From positions 198,923 to 262,922 of the forward strand of contig JBMNMA010000007.1 of assembly GCA_050953105.1 (NCBI GenBank): 64,000 nt of DNA. The letters are read 5' to 3'. Both the position numbers and the translations under genes were made by a program. The notes under the pieces were generated by a model, which was not told the origin of the DNA, ran no database searches, and worked only from the letters and a program-made list of their open reading frames with translations. Shown in pieces: positions 19,396 to 29,566 of this stretch. The stretch's first letter is position 1; every line of letters starts with the position of its first letter. Source of the stretch: Eubacteriales bacterium (lineage in GTDB: Bacteria; Bacillota; Clostridia; Oscillospirales; CAG-382).

Positions 19396-20556
19396 GTGAG
19401 ATTGTTGAAATATAAAGCGTTATTGTTTCTAATCGCCTTGGCGGTTTTGTTCCTGTTTGCACCTATATATGCTAATCCCGTTTACGACACCGAATATTGC
19501 TTTACCGAAAGAATAGATATTTACGCCTTTGAGGTTAAAAATGCGGTAAAAACCTCGGCGTTGTCGGCCATTCTGGTGGATGCCGACAGCGGCAGGGTGC
19601 TTTATTCCAAAAATCCCCACGTCATACTCCCTATGGCCTCCACCACAAAGATTATGACGGCGATTATAATTCTCGAAACCCTTGACCTTGACACTAAAAT
19701 AAAAATAAGCAAGGAATCGGTGGGGGTGGAGGGCTCTTCCATTTACCTTATGGAGGGGGAAACCCTGACGGTTAGGGAATTGTTATACGGACTAATGCTG
19801 TCCTCCGGCAACGACGCCGCCAACGCCCTTGCCATTGCCTGCGCCGGATCGGTGGAAAATTTCGCAAAGATGATGAACCGCAAGGCCGCCGAACTGGGTC
19901 TTGCCAAAACATCCTTTGCCAACCCATCGGGACTTCCCGCCAAAAACCACCACACCACCGCCTACGACCTGGCGGTATTGGCAAGCTATGCAATAAAGAA
20001 CGAGGAATTTGTTAAAATCACCTCAACTTTAAAGGCCACCATATCCGACGGAAAGCGTTATCTGGTAAACCGCAACAACCTGCTTCGCTATTACGACGGG
20101 ATTATAGGGGTTAAAACCGGCTATACACCCGCCGCAGGCAGATGTCTGGTTTCGGCCGCAAAACGGGACGGTGTAACGCTGGTGGCGGTAACACTTAATT
20201 CCTCCAACATCTGGAACGACCACACAGCAATGCTGGATTTCGGCTTTGATTATCTTGAAAGCGTCACCGCACTTGAAGCAGGGCAAATTTTAACCTATCT
20301 TCCCGTTACCGGGGGTAGGGTTAAAACAGTCAAAGCAACAAATGTCATACCCTTTACCTGCTCGGTTCCTAAGGGAATGGAGATAGATATTAAGGTTTCA
20401 ACCAAAAACATTTTATATGCCCCGGTAAACGTTGGGGACGTGGCCGGCGAGGCTGATATTTATGCCGGCGGCATTCTGGTGGGGAAAATACCCATTGTGG
20501 CGGCGGAAAACGTAAAATACCGTAAGCTTAACTTTTTTGAAAGGTTTTTTAACTGA
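19396..20556 (+). CDS. dacB: D-alanyl-D-alanine carboxypeptidase (S11 penicillin-binding protein)
   Basis: SxxK 'ASTTKIMTA', SxN 'SSGNDAA' and KTG 'KTGYT' motifs plus a signal peptide. Synteny with scpAB matches B. subtilis dacB. The GTG start is uncertain. Confidence 0.8.
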   Translation: MRLLKYKALLFLIALAVLFLFAPIYANPVYDTEYCFTERIDIYAFEVKNAVKTSALSAILVDADSGRVLYSKNPHVILPMASTTKIMTAIIILETLDLDTKIKISKESVGVEGSSIYLMEGETLTVRELLYGLMLSSGNDAANALAIACAGSVENFAKMMNRKAAELGLAKTSFANPSGLPAKNHHTTAYDLAVLASYAIKNEEFVKITSTLKATISDGKRYLVNRNNLLRYYDGIIGVKTGYTPAAGRCLVSAAKRDGVTLVAVTLNSSNIWNDHTAMLDFGFDYLESVTALEAGQILTYLPVTGGRVKTVKATNVIPFTCSVPKGMEIDIKVSTKNILYAPVNVGDVAGEADIYAGGILVGKIPIVAAENVKYRKLNFFERFFN

Positions 20557-21276
20557 ATGGAGTCTGAAAGCATTAAACTTCAGAAATATGTTTCCGACTG
20601 CGGTCTTATGTCAAGGCGGCAGGCGGAAAACGAAATACAACATGGCTTTTTTACCATAAACGGCCTTACGGCAACTCTGGGCGACAGGGTAAACCCCGAA
20701 AAAGATATTATTAAATATAAAGGCAATATCGTCAAAAAGCAGAACAAAAAATATTATATAATGCTAAACAAGCCTTCGGGATATGTTACCACCCTTTCCG
20801 ACGAGTTCGGCAGGGAAACCGTCTGCTCCCTTGTGGATCTTCCCGTCCGGCTGTATCCGGTGGGCAGGCTTGACAAAAACAGCGAAGGGCTTATAATACT
20901 TACCAACGACGGGGAGTTTGCCAACACCCTGACACATCCCAGATACAATAAGAAAAAACGCTACCTTGTCATAACCGACGGCTATGTTGATAACAACGCC
21001 ATAGACAAGCTTCAGCATATGAAAAGCATTGACGGCGAACCCATACGCCCGGTGGATGTAAAAATCCTCGAACGGCATGAAAACGCCACAATGCTTATCT
21101 TCACCCTTTCAGAGGGTAAAAACCGCCAGATCCGCCGTATGTGCGAGGAGGCGGAGTTGACCGTAATGCAGCTAAAGCGCATAGCTATAGGCGGCCTTCA
21201 GCTTGGAAATCTAAAAACCGGGGCATGGCGCCATCTCACCCCGGAGGAAATTAAGGAGTTAAAAAAATTAAAATGA
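20557..21276 (+). CDS. rluB: 23S rRNA pseudouridine synthase, RluB/RsuA family
   Basis: S4 domain N-terminus and catalytic 'GRLDKNSEGLIILTNDGE'. Confidence 0.85.
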   Translation: MESESIKLQKYVSDCGLMSRRQAENEIQHGFFTINGLTATLGDRVNPEKDIIKYKGNIVKKQNKKYYIMLNKPSGYVTTLSDEFGRETVCSLVDLPVRLYPVGRLDKNSEGLIILTNDGEFANTLTHPRYNKKKRYLVITDGYVDNNAIDKLQHMKSIDGEPIRPVDVKILERHENATMLIFTLSEGKNRQIRRMCEEAELTVMQLKRIAIGGLQLGNLKTGAWRHLTPEEIKELKKLK

Positions 21277-21566
21277 TAACCACAAAACAAAGGGCTTATT
21301 TAAGAACATTGTCCAACGGCTTAGACGCCTTGTATCAGACCGGAAAAAACGGAATAACCGAAACGGTTATAAAAACCCTTGACGACGCGCTTGAAGCAAG
21401 GGAAATTATAAAAATATCCGTGCTTGAAACTTCTCCCTTATCGCCAAGGGAGGTTATAACCCTTTTGTGTGAAAAGTTAGGCTGCGACCCGGTGCAGGTA
21501 ATCGGCCGCAAGGTGGTTGTCTACCGCCCCAGCAGGGAAGAACCCAAAATAGTGCTGCCAAAATGA
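21273..21566 (+). CDS. yhbY: ribosome assembly RNA-binding protein YhbY (CRM domain)
   Basis: 97 aa with 'KQRAYLRTLSN...GKNGITETVIKTLDDALEAREIIKISV'. Confidence 0.8.
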   Translation: MITTKQRAYLRTLSNGLDALYQTGKNGITETVIKTLDDALEAREIIKISVLETSPLSPREVITLLCEKLGCDPVQVIGRKVVVYRPSREEPKIVLPK

Positions 21567-22144
21567 AAATCGGAATCTACGGCGGCGGCTTTGACCCCCC
21601 ACATGCGGGACATATAAATGCGGCAAAATCCTCCCTTGACTTTCTGGGGCTTGATTTGCTTTACATAGTCCCTGCCTTTATTTCACCGCTCAAATCCTCC
21701 ACCCCCGCCGCAACACCCGGTCAGCGGCTTGAAATGTGCCGCATTGCATTTTCCTTTGACAAAAGGATAAAAATATGCGACTTTGAAATAAAACGGGAGG
21801 AAATCAGCTACACCGCAGACACCATAAAGCATTTTCTTGATATATATCCCAAGGACACAAACACCCTTTACCTTATCTTCGGCACCGACCAGCTACGTCA
21901 GCTTGACAGGTGGAGGAATTATAATTATATTATCGAAAACGCCGTTATTGCGGTGGTTTCAAGGTTCAAAGAGGGAATAGACACAGCGGAAGTCGAAAAA
22001 TACAAAGCCTTGGGGGCAAATATTGTTTTGGTCGACATGGAGGAGATAGAGGTTTCCTCCACCGATATAAGAAACGGCAAAAATATCAGTCTGCTTGACA
22101 GCAAAGTGAAGGAATATGTTGACAAAAATGGACTATACAAGTAA
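21563..22144 (+). CDS. nadD: nicotinate-nucleotide adenylyltransferase
   Basis: 'GIYGGGFDPPHAGH' nucleotidyltransferase motif and C-terminal 'ISSTDIR'. Confidence 0.9.
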   Translation: MKIGIYGGGFDPPHAGHINAAKSSLDFLGLDLLYIVPAFISPLKSSTPAATPGQRLEMCRIAFSFDKRIKICDFEIKREEISYTADTIKHFLDIYPKDTNTLYLIFGTDQLRQLDRWRNYNYIIENAVIAVVSRFKEGIDTAEVEKYKALGANIVLVDMEEIEVSSTDIRNGKNISLLDSKVKEYVDKNGLYK

Positions 22145-22730
22145 ACTGGAAGAAATAAAGAAACTTTTATATTCACAAAACCCAAGGCGGATAAACCATA
22201 TCGAAGGGGTGGCCGAGTCGGCGCTGGAGCTGAAAAACCGCCATTTTCCCCAAATACCCGACGAAAAGGTGCTCCTTGTCGCCTACATGCATGACTTTAC
22301 CAAGGAATATCCAGTTGACAGGCAGCTTGAAATACTAAAAAGATACAATATCCAGCTAAACGAATACGAAGGAGCCACACCCAAGCTGTTTCATTCAAAA
22401 TCCGCCTACGCCCTGGCAAAGCATGAATTCGGTCTTGATGATGATATATGCAACGCCATCCTGTATCACACCACCGGCAGGGCAAACATGACGGATCTTG
22501 ATAAAATAATATATATTGCCGATTATATCGAAAAAAACCGCACCCACCTATCCTGCGTCGATTTACGGGACACCTATTATATGCTGGTAGCAAAAAAACA
22601 CCCCAATCCCCTGGATACATCAATACTATACGCCCTGGACCTGACAATAAACGAGCTTTTGGAAAACAAAAGCATTATTCATATAGATACCATCGAAGCA
22701 AGAAATTATCTGATTTTAGCCGGAATATAA
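22116..22730 (+). CDS. yqeK: HD-domain protein YqeK (bis(5'-nucleosyl)-tetraphosphatase)
   Basis: 'RINHIEGVAESA' and 'AYMHDFTKE' form the HD motif. It is in the canonical position after nadD. Confidence 0.8.
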   Translation: MLTKMDYTSKLEEIKKLLYSQNPRRINHIEGVAESALELKNRHFPQIPDEKVLLVAYMHDFTKEYPVDRQLEILKRYNIQLNEYEGATPKLFHSKSAYALAKHEFGLDDDICNAILYHTTGRANMTDLDKIIYIADYIEKNRTHLSCVDLRDTYYMLVAKKHPNPLDTSILYALDLTINELLENKSIIHIDTIEARNYLILAGI

Positions 22731-22750
22731 AAGAAGGAACGGATTAAACA

Positions 22751-23110
22751 ATGGAAAGAAACTCCCATGAATTCGCAAAAATCTTAGCCGAGGATATTAA
22801 AAAGGCATTAGACGACAAAAAGGGATATGACATTTCGATTATTCCCGTCGGCAAACATACCGTTCTGGCCGACTATTTTGTGCTGGCCAACGGCACCTCA
22901 TCAACACATATAAAGGCTTTAACCGACGAGGTTGAAAAGCAGCTGAACGAAAAGCATTCCATACTACCTTCCCGCATAGAGGGCATCGGCGGTCGCAACT
23001 GGGTGCTTATGGACTATTCCAGCGTGATAGTTCATATTTTCACCAAAGAGGCCCGGGAATTTTATAAGCTAGATAAGCTATGGGCAGAATCGGGTATCGA
23101 GCTTAACTAA
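22751..23110 (+). CDS. rsfS: ribosome silencing factor RsfS
   Basis: 119 aa with 'LADYFVLANGTSSTHIKAL' and 'NWVLMDYSSVIVHIF'. Confidence 0.85.
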   Translation: MERNSHEFAKILAEDIKKALDDKKGYDISIIPVGKHTVLADYFVLANGTSSTHIKALTDEVEKQLNEKHSILPSRIEGIGGRNWVLMDYSSVIVHIFTKEAREFYKLDKLWAESGIELN

Positions 23111-23134
23111 AACTTATGAATATGAGGTAGTATA

Positions 23135-25534
23135 ATGAAATATAATTTCAGACAGACAGAAGAGAAATGGCAGCAAAAATGGCAGGACGCAAAGGTTTTT
23201 GAAGCGTCCGACGATTTTTCCAAACCCAAATTTTACGCTCTGGTGGAATTCCCCTATCCTTCGGGAATGGGAATGCACGTAGGACATATAAAGGCATATT
23301 CGGGGCTTGAGGCAATAAGCCGCAAGCGGAGGATGGAAGGCTACAACGTTCTGTTCCCCATTGGCTTTGACGCCTTCGGCCTTCCCACAGAAAATTCTGC
23401 AATTAAATTCGGCATCCACCCCAGAACGCTTACCAACCAGAACATAGAGAAGTTTACCAACCAGCTTAAGCGCGTAGGCTTTTCCTTCGACTGGTCAAGG
23501 GTAGTCGATACCACCGACCCTGACTATTACAAATGGACACAGTGGATTTTCCTTAAAATGTTTGAAAACGGTCTTGCCTTCAGGGACAAGACTTTGGTTA
23601 ACTACTGCCCCAACTGCAAGGTGGTGCTGTCCAACGAGGACTCCCAGGGGGGAAAATGCGACATCTGCCACAATGACGTTGTTCAAAAGGCTAAGGACGT
23701 GTGGTATCTTCGCATAACCGCCTACGCCGACAAGCTGTTAAACGGCCTTAACGGTGTGGATTATCCCGCCAACATAAAGCAGATGCAGGAAAACTGGATA
23801 GGCCGTTCCTCGGGTGCTTTTGTCAACTTCACCCTCAACACCGGTGAAAAGCTGCGTATCTATACCACCCGTCCCGACACCTTGTTCGGTGTAACCTTTA
23901 TGGTTATGGCCCCCGAACATCCTCTTCTTGACAAGTATGCGGACAAAATCAAAAACATGGACGAAGTAAACTCCTACCGGGAATACTGCGCCAAAAAGAC
24001 GGAATTTGAACGCACCCAGCTTGTCAAGGAAAAAACCGGGGTTAAGATTGACGGCATAACCGCAATAAATCCCTTGAATAACAAAGAAATCCCCGTTTAT
24101 ATTGCCGACTATGTTATGATGGGCTACGGCACCGGCGCCATTATGGCCGTTCCCGCCCATGATGAACGGGACTACGACTTTGCCAAAAAGTTCGGCATTG
24201 ACATAATCGAGGTTATTAAAGGCGGAGACATTTCCAAGTCCGCATACACCGGCGACGGGGAAATGGTAAATTCCGACTTCTTAAACGGCATAAGCAATAA
24301 AAAAGATGCCATCGCCAAGGTTGTATCCGTCCTTGAGGAAATGGGTATAGGCGAGGAAGGCGTTCAGTATAAGATGAAGGACTGGGCCTTCAACCGTCAG
24401 CGCTACTGGGGTGAACCCATACCCATCATCTACTGCGATAAATGCGGCATGGTTCCCGTTCCCTTTGAGGAACTCCCCCTCAAGCTGCCTCCACTTGAAA
24501 ACTTTGAGCCAGGCACCGACGGGGAATCACCCCTTGCCCGCATTGACTCCTTTGTCAACTGCAAATGCCCCAAGTGCGGCGGCGACGCAAAGCGGGAAAC
24601 CGACATAATGCCCCAGTGGGCAGGCTCGTCCTGGTATTTCCTCCGCTATATCGACCCCAAAAACGACAACTGTCTGTGCGACATGGATAAAATGAAATAC
24701 TGGATGCCGGTTGACTGGTATAACGGCGGTATGGAGCATGTAACCAGACATATGATATACTCAAGGTTCTGGCACAGGTTCCTTTATGATATCGGCTGCG
24801 TCAACACCCCCGAACCCTATTCCAAGCGGACAGCCCAAGGCCTGATTTTGGGCAGCGACGGTGAAAAAATGTCCAAATCCCGGGGCAACGTGGTTGACCC
24901 TCTGGACGTGGCAGACATTTACGGCGCAGATGTGCTCCGCACCTATGTGCTTTTCATGGGTGACTACGGCCAGTCCGCCCCCTGGTCGGATTCCAGTGTA
25001 AAGGGCTGCAAACGCTTCCTTGACCGGGTAGCCGACCTTGCCGAAATGGCATCCGGCGAAGGGGTAACCCCCAGCCTTGAGTCAACCTTCCATAAAACCA
25101 TAAAGAAGGTTACCGAGGACATCGAGTCCATGAAGTTCAACACGGCCATAGCCGCTCTTATGTCCCTTTCCAACGATATTTACGCCGAAGGAAAGCTTAC
25201 AAAAGACGAGCTTACCACATATATCAAGCTCCTTTCCCCTTTTGCCCCCCATCTGTGCGAGGAGATAAACGAAAAGTTAGGCAATTCCACAATGCTGGCC
25301 CAGTCCGACTGGCCGGTTTATGACGGGGAAAAGATAAAGGATAACACCGTTGAAATACCCCTTACCGTAAACGGTAAGTTAAGGGGGACAATAACCCTCC
25401 CGGCTGGCTGCCCCAAGGACGAGGCTGTAAGACTTATAACCGAATCGGGCAAAATTTCGGCTTTTGTTGACGGAAAAACCGTTGTCAAAGAGGTTTACGT
25501 TACGGACAAAATATATAATATTGTAGTAAAGTAG
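23135..25534 (+). CDS. leuS: leucine--tRNA ligase
   Basis: 799 aa with HIGH-type 'MHVGHIKAY', KMSKS 'EKMSKSRGN' and a CP1 editing region. Confidence 0.95.
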   Translation: MKYNFRQTEEKWQQKWQDAKVFEASDDFSKPKFYALVEFPYPSGMGMHVGHIKAYSGLEAISRKRRMEGYNVLFPIGFDAFGLPTENSAIKFGIHPRTLTNQNIEKFTNQLKRVGFSFDWSRVVDTTDPDYYKWTQWIFLKMFENGLAFRDKTLVNYCPNCKVVLSNEDSQGGKCDICHNDVVQKAKDVWYLRITAYADKLLNGLNGVDYPANIKQMQENWIGRSSGAFVNFTLNTGEKLRIYTTRPDTLFGVTFMVMAPEHPLLDKYADKIKNMDEVNSYREYCAKKTEFERTQLVKEKTGVKIDGITAINPLNNKEIPVYIADYVMMGYGTGAIMAVPAHDERDYDFAKKFGIDIIEVIKGGDISKSAYTGDGEMVNSDFLNGISNKKDAIAKVVSVLEEMGIGEEGVQYKMKDWAFNRQRYWGEPIPIIYCDKCGMVPVPFEELPLKLPPLENFEPGTDGESPLARIDSFVNCKCPKCGGDAKRETDIMPQWAGSSWYFLRYIDPKNDNCLCDMDKMKYWMPVDWYNGGMEHVTRHMIYSRFWHRFLYDIGCVNTPEPYSKRTAQGLILGSDGEKMSKSRGNVVDPLDVADIYGADVLRTYVLFMGDYGQSAPWSDSSVKGCKRFLDRVADLAEMASGEGVTPSLESTFHKTIKKVTEDIESMKFNTAIAALMSLSNDIYAEGKLTKDELTTYIKLLSPFAPHLCEEINEKLGNSTMLAQSDWPVYDGEKIKDNTVEIPLTVNGKLRGTITLPAGCPKDEAVRLITESGKISAFVDGKTVVKEVYVTDKIYNIVVK

Positions 25535-25547
25535 AGGATGGTAAATC

Positions 25548-25964
25548 ATGAAAGTTAAAAAAACCAAGTTTTTCTCGGACTTCAAGGCCTTTATCGCCAA
25601 GGGTAACGTGGTTGACCTGGCTATCGCCGTGGTTATAGGCGGTGCATTTAACAAAATCGTTACCTCCCTTGTAAACGACATTATTATGCCCATTATCGGC
25701 CTTATAGCCGGCCGGGTGAACATCACCGATCTTAAGTGGATTATCGCCCCGGCGGTGTATGACGAGGCCGGCAATATAACCAAGGCCGAAGCATCCCTAA
25801 ATTACGGTAATTTTATTCAGAACATCATCGACTTCCTTATTGTGGCCTTTACCATTTTCATTGTCCTTCGCTCCTTCACCAAGCTTGTGTCTATAAAAGA
25901 AAAGATTATTAAAAACGGCAAGGACGAGGAAAAGGAAGAGGAAAAAGCCGAAGGCAATGAGTAA
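25548..25964 (+). CDS. mscL: large-conductance mechanosensitive channel
   Basis: 'FIAKGNVVDLAIAVVIGGAFNKIVTSLVNDIIMPIIG'. Confidence 0.9.
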   Translation: MKVKKTKFFSDFKAFIAKGNVVDLAIAVVIGGAFNKIVTSLVNDIIMPIIGLIAGRVNITDLKWIIAPAVYDEAGNITKAEASLNYGNFIQNIIDFLIVAFTIFIVLRSFTKLVSIKEKIIKNGKDEEKEEEKAEGNE

Positions 25965-26853
25965 TACCGGCATATACATAGGCGCAGACGGTGGCGGCAC
26001 CAAAATTACCTACTGTCTTAAAGCAGGGGATAAGGCCTTTTACCTTCGCCTTGACCAAAGCGTCAACCCCAACGACGTGGGGTTTGATAAATCGGCTGAC
26101 CTTGTAACAGCCGGTATGGTTGAAATATGCAGCGCCAACGGTATTTCTACTGACAAAGTTTCGGGCGTTTTTGCCGGCATTGCCGGAGGCTCCACCGCTG
26201 ATTACAAAGATGTGTTAAAGTCCCGGCTTGACAGGGTGTTTGTCAATTCGGCAAACGGTGTCAGCCATGACGGTGAAAATATTCTTTACGCCGCCTTCCC
26301 TGACACCGACGGAGTTATTGTGATATGCGGCACCGGCTCGTCCTGCTTTTATAAAAAGGGGAGCAAAATCGTCCGCATAGGCGGATATTCGCTGTTTGAC
26401 CTTGACGGCAACGGCTATGAAATAGGCAGGCGGGCAATCGCCCACGGCCTAAGGTGTGTCGACGGCAGGGATAAACGGGGAATTCTTTGCGAACTGGTGG
26501 AAGAAAAGTGCAACGGCACCTGCCTTGACGACCTTAAAAGGCTGCTTGCGCTGCCGGTAAAGGAGGTTGCTTCCTTTGCTCCCGTTGTGTTCGAAGCCGC
26601 AAGGCGGGGCGATGAATATGCTGTGTCTATTATAGACTCAACGGCAGGGTATCTCGCCGAGTGCATAAACCACGCAGCAAAATCCTTTGACGGCGTATGC
26701 CCCGTATGTATCGCCGGCAGTATTGGCACTGATGCTTTAACTTTAAATCTTCTAAAACCCAAACTTTCGCCAAAAGTAACCCTTTCAATCCTTAACGCCA
26801 ACCCTGTAGAGGGTGCGGTGTATAAGGCAATGTTATTGGCAAGTGAGAAATAA
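25957..26853 (+). CDS. BadF/BadG/BcrA/BcrD-type ATPase (N-acetylglucosamine kinase-like)
   Basis: Phosphate-1 motif 'IGADGGGTKI' and 'ICGTGSSC'. Confidence 0.7.
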   Translation: MSNTGIYIGADGGGTKITYCLKAGDKAFYLRLDQSVNPNDVGFDKSADLVTAGMVEICSANGISTDKVSGVFAGIAGGSTADYKDVLKSRLDRVFVNSANGVSHDGENILYAAFPDTDGVIVICGTGSSCFYKKGSKIVRIGGYSLFDLDGNGYEIGRRAIAHGLRCVDGRDKRGILCELVEEKCNGTCLDDLKRLLALPVKEVASFAPVVFEAARRGDEYAVSIIDSTAGYLAECINHAAKSFDGVCPVCIAGSIGTDALTLNLLKPKLSPKVTLSILNANPVEGAVYKAMLLASEK

Positions 26854-26866
26854 TCAATAAAACACA

Positions 26867-26898
26867 AACGGGCAGGTTTTTCCTGCCCGTTGTTTTTG
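26867..26898. terminator. bidirectional rho-independent terminator
   Basis: 'AACGGGCAGG-ttttt-CCTGCCCGTT' followed by GTTTTTG, between convergent genes. Confidence 0.8.
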
Positions 26899-26903
26899 CT
26901 CTG

Positions 26904-27752
26904 CTATTTCTTCTTTATTGGCAACCACACTTCGCTGTAATAGTTTTCGTCCTGATTGCCTTTGGGATAGTTGCGGATATCGGTATATAACTCGATATTT
27001 AAATTACCCACCATTTCGTATTCGCCGTTGTTGGGAAGCCATTCGGAAAATATTTTACGGGTAACCTCCTGTATAGAACCCGGCATGGGGCCTTTGCAGG
27101 GGAATATCGCCCAGGTGAAGGCAGGTATTTCAAGCACCTTGCACCCTTCGGGAACTTCTTTGCCGTTGTAATCGTCGGCAATAAGGTATTCAAACTCGGT
27201 GCTGTCTGCGTCCATGCAGATACCATACATACCGCAGATGATTTTTCCCTTGCCAGAGTTAAAGTGATTTGTCCAGAAAACGGGTATCTCAGCCCCTGCG
27301 CTGTCGCAGGAAAACCTTTTAGAAACGCCTATAACCTTAAAGGATGGTTTTTCGCTTATTTTGTAGTCCATAATATAACCGCCTTCCAATGTAAATTTCA
27401 GCTTTAGAGGGGCAAAGGTCTTGATAAGTGCACCGTCCCGCCGGACGGCTGTGGGGGATACGCCGTGAAAACGGGTAAACGCCTTGGTAAAGCTGTCAGG
27501 GGAATCATACCCGTATTTCAGAGCAATATCGATAATTCTTGCGTCTGTGGTGGCAAGCTCGCTGCCGGCAAGGGCAAGCCTGCGGAACCTTATATATTCT
27601 CCGACGGTATAGCCGCAAAGCATTGCAAAGGCCTTTTGAAAATAAAAGCTGGAAACATAAGCCCTTGATGCAATATCGTCGGCGGATATATCTTTGGTGA
27701 TATTTTTCTCAATATAGCTGATGGCGTTTCGCATTCCGTCAATCCAGTCCAT
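26904..27752 (-). CDS. AraC family transcriptional regulator with GyrI-like effector-binding domain
   Basis: N-terminal double HTH ('FTKAFTRFHGVSPTAVRR') and a C-terminal ~150-aa GyrI-like/SOUL-type domain. Confidence 0.8.
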   Translation of the reverse strand: MDWIDGMRNAISYIEKNITKDISADDIASRAYVSSFYFQKAFAMLCGYTVGEYIRFRRLALAGSELATTDARIIDIALKYGYDSPDSFTKAFTRFHGVSPTAVRRDGALIKTFAPLKLKFTLEGGYIMDYKISEKPSFKVIGVSKRFSCDSAGAEIPVFWTNHFNSGKGKIICGMYGICMDADSTEFEYLIADDYNGKEVPEGCKVLEIPAFTWAIFPCKGPMPGSIQEVTRKIFSEWLPNNGEYEMVGNLNIELYTDIRNYPKGNQDENYYSEVWLPIKKK

Positions 27753-27878
27753 TGCCGCTCCTCCTGCCGTAAGGTGATTTTAGCATAAATTTTTACCGTT
27801 ATCCCGATAAATTCAGCCATCTTTTGTCCGTTTTTCAGTATAGCAAAAACATCCTACTCTTTCAAGCAGTTAAGTTAC

Positions 27879-27901
27879 TTAATTAATTTATTATTAATTA
27901 A
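27879..27901. promoter_or_regulatory. AT-only inverted repeat in the divergent AraC/acyltransferase intergenic region (candidate operator)
   Basis: 'TTAATTAAT-ttatt-ATTAATTAA', perfect 9-bp arms. It is low complexity, so it could arise by chance. Confidence 0.25.
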
Positions 27902-28024
27902 CCATCATTTATCATAACAAATATTGAAATTTATGCTTATGTTGTGATATTATACTATCGTAATATGTCGAATTTTCAAAAGCAGAATATATTATATTAA
28001 GTCTTAATGCAGGGAATGCTGTTT

Positions 28025-29566
28025 ATGTCAAAAGAAAAAAAGCCAAAAAAGCAAATCAAACAAATTAAGCAGCCCAAGGTTGAAAACGATAAATACAAGC
28101 AGTTTACACTATCCCTTACCGATAGTGAAAGGGAGGTGCTGACCGACTTTTTCGGCCGGCTCAATCTTCACATCAGCCTTAACCGCAAGTTCCGTCAAGC
28201 CATGGTCGATGACTTTGAAAAAGCTTTTATGTATTATCACTCAGCCGGTGTTCCGGTGGCTAAAGCAGCCGAACTCATGGCTCCCGAAAAAATGGGGGGA
28301 TTTTACGCCCGTCCTGCTGCTTTGTGGTTTAAGCTTGATGTGGCGGCAAAGATTTTCCCCCTGTCCATGCATAACAACCGCATGTCGGTTTTCCGCCTTT
28401 CGGTTTATTTAAAGGAAAACGTTATACCCGAGCTTTTGCAGATTGCCCTTACCTTTACCATAAAGCGCTTTCCCCTCTTTGCCACCACCGTTAAAAAGGG
28501 GTTTTTCTGGCATTATCTCGATTCGGCTAAGCGCCGCTTTTCAATAGACGAAGAAACCAACGTCCCCTGCCGTCCGCTGGATATATCACTTACCGACTCC
28601 CAGTCTTTCAGGGTGCTCTACTATCAAAACCGCATCAGTCTGGAATTTTTCCACATTCTCACCGACGCCACCGGAGGCATGGTGTTTTTAAAAACCCTTA
28701 CCGCCGAATATTTACGCCTTACCGGGGTTGACATACCCTCATCCGGCGGAATACCCGATATTAACGATGCTCCGGCGGCACACGAGTTGGAAGACGGATT
28801 TTCAAAGGTGGACAAAGCCGAAAAGGCATACGGTCTGCTGGATAAGCAGGCAACCCAGATGTCGGGCAGCCTTTCAAAAATAAAACCCTGCCGGATACTT
28901 CATTTTAAAATAGATGCCGCAAAGCTTAAGGAGGTTTCCAAAGCCAAGGGCGGAACGGTTACAGCTTATATCCTTTCTCTTATGTTTGCAGCCTCCAAGT
29001 CCGCCATAGACGGTGAAGGCGGCAGCATAAACATTCAGGTCCCGGTGAATATGCGAAAGTTCTATAATACCGAAACCCTCCGCAATTTTGCCCTTTACTG
29101 CAATGTAAGGCTGCCGGTGGCGGAGGTAACAAAACCGGAGGACATTTTGCCTGAAATTCAAAATCAGCTTGTGGAAAAGGGATCGAAAACCGCCATGGAT
29201 TCCACCGCCAAAGCATCGGTAAAGCTGGTTAATGCACTGTCCTTTATACCGCTGTTTATAAAAAATCCCGTTGCCAGACTTGTTTACGGCTATCTGGGTG
29301 AAAAAACCTGGACAAACACCCTGTCAAATTTAGGTGTGGTTACCTTGCCGCCTGAAATGGAAAAGCATATTGAATGCTTTGATTTCGTCCTGGGCACCGG
29401 CGTAACCAACAGGGCATACTGCTCAATGGTTACCTTCGGCAATACCGCAATGCTTTCAATATCCAAGCTCACAAAGGATCCCACCTTTGAGGAGGTTATG
29501 TTTAGTCTGCTTGATAAAGACGGACTGACACCGGAGGTAGAGGGGAGCGATTTGTATGAAGGTTAA
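28025..29566 (+). CDS. condensation/CAT-superfamily acyltransferase (HxxxD; alcohol-acetyltransferase-like) with a helical N-terminal extension
   Basis: 'EFFHILTDATGGMVFLKTL' carries the HxxxD catalytic motif at about one third of the catalytic region. There is a Lys-rich N-terminus and a ~90-aa helical segment. The start could be 28007, 28016 or 28025; 28025 has the best RBS spacing. Confidence 0.55.
   Translation: MSKEKKPKKQIKQIKQPKVENDKYKQFTLSLTDSEREVLTDFFGRLNLHISLNRKFRQAMVDDFEKAFMYYHSAGVPVAKAAELMAPEKMGGFYARPAALWFKLDVAAKIFPLSMHNNRMSVFRLSVYLKENVIPELLQIALTFTIKRFPLFATTVKKGFFWHYLDSAKRRFSIDEETNVPCRPLDISLTDSQSFRVLYYQNRISLEFFHILTDATGGMVFLKTLTAEYLRLTGVDIPSSGGIPDINDAPAAHELEDGFSKVDKAEKAYGLLDKQATQMSGSLSKIKPCRILHFKIDAAKLKEVSKAKGGTVTAYILSLMFAASKSAIDGEGGSINIQVPVNMRKFYNTETLRNFALYCNVRLPVAEVTKPEDILPEIQNQLVEKGSKTAMDSTAKASVKLVNALSFIPLFIKNPVARLVYGYLGEKTWTNTLSNLGVVTLPPEMEKHIECFDFVLGTGVTNRAYCSMVTFGNTAMLSISKLTKDPTFEEVMFSLLDKDGLTPEVEGSDLYEG

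Noticed and set aside
19376-19396. Hairpin CCCCAAT-attatat-ATTGGGG between ytfJ and dacB, overlapping the dacB start region
   Set aside because: It has no U-tract and an AT-rich loop. It could occlude the RBS, but I have no support beyond the pairing itself.
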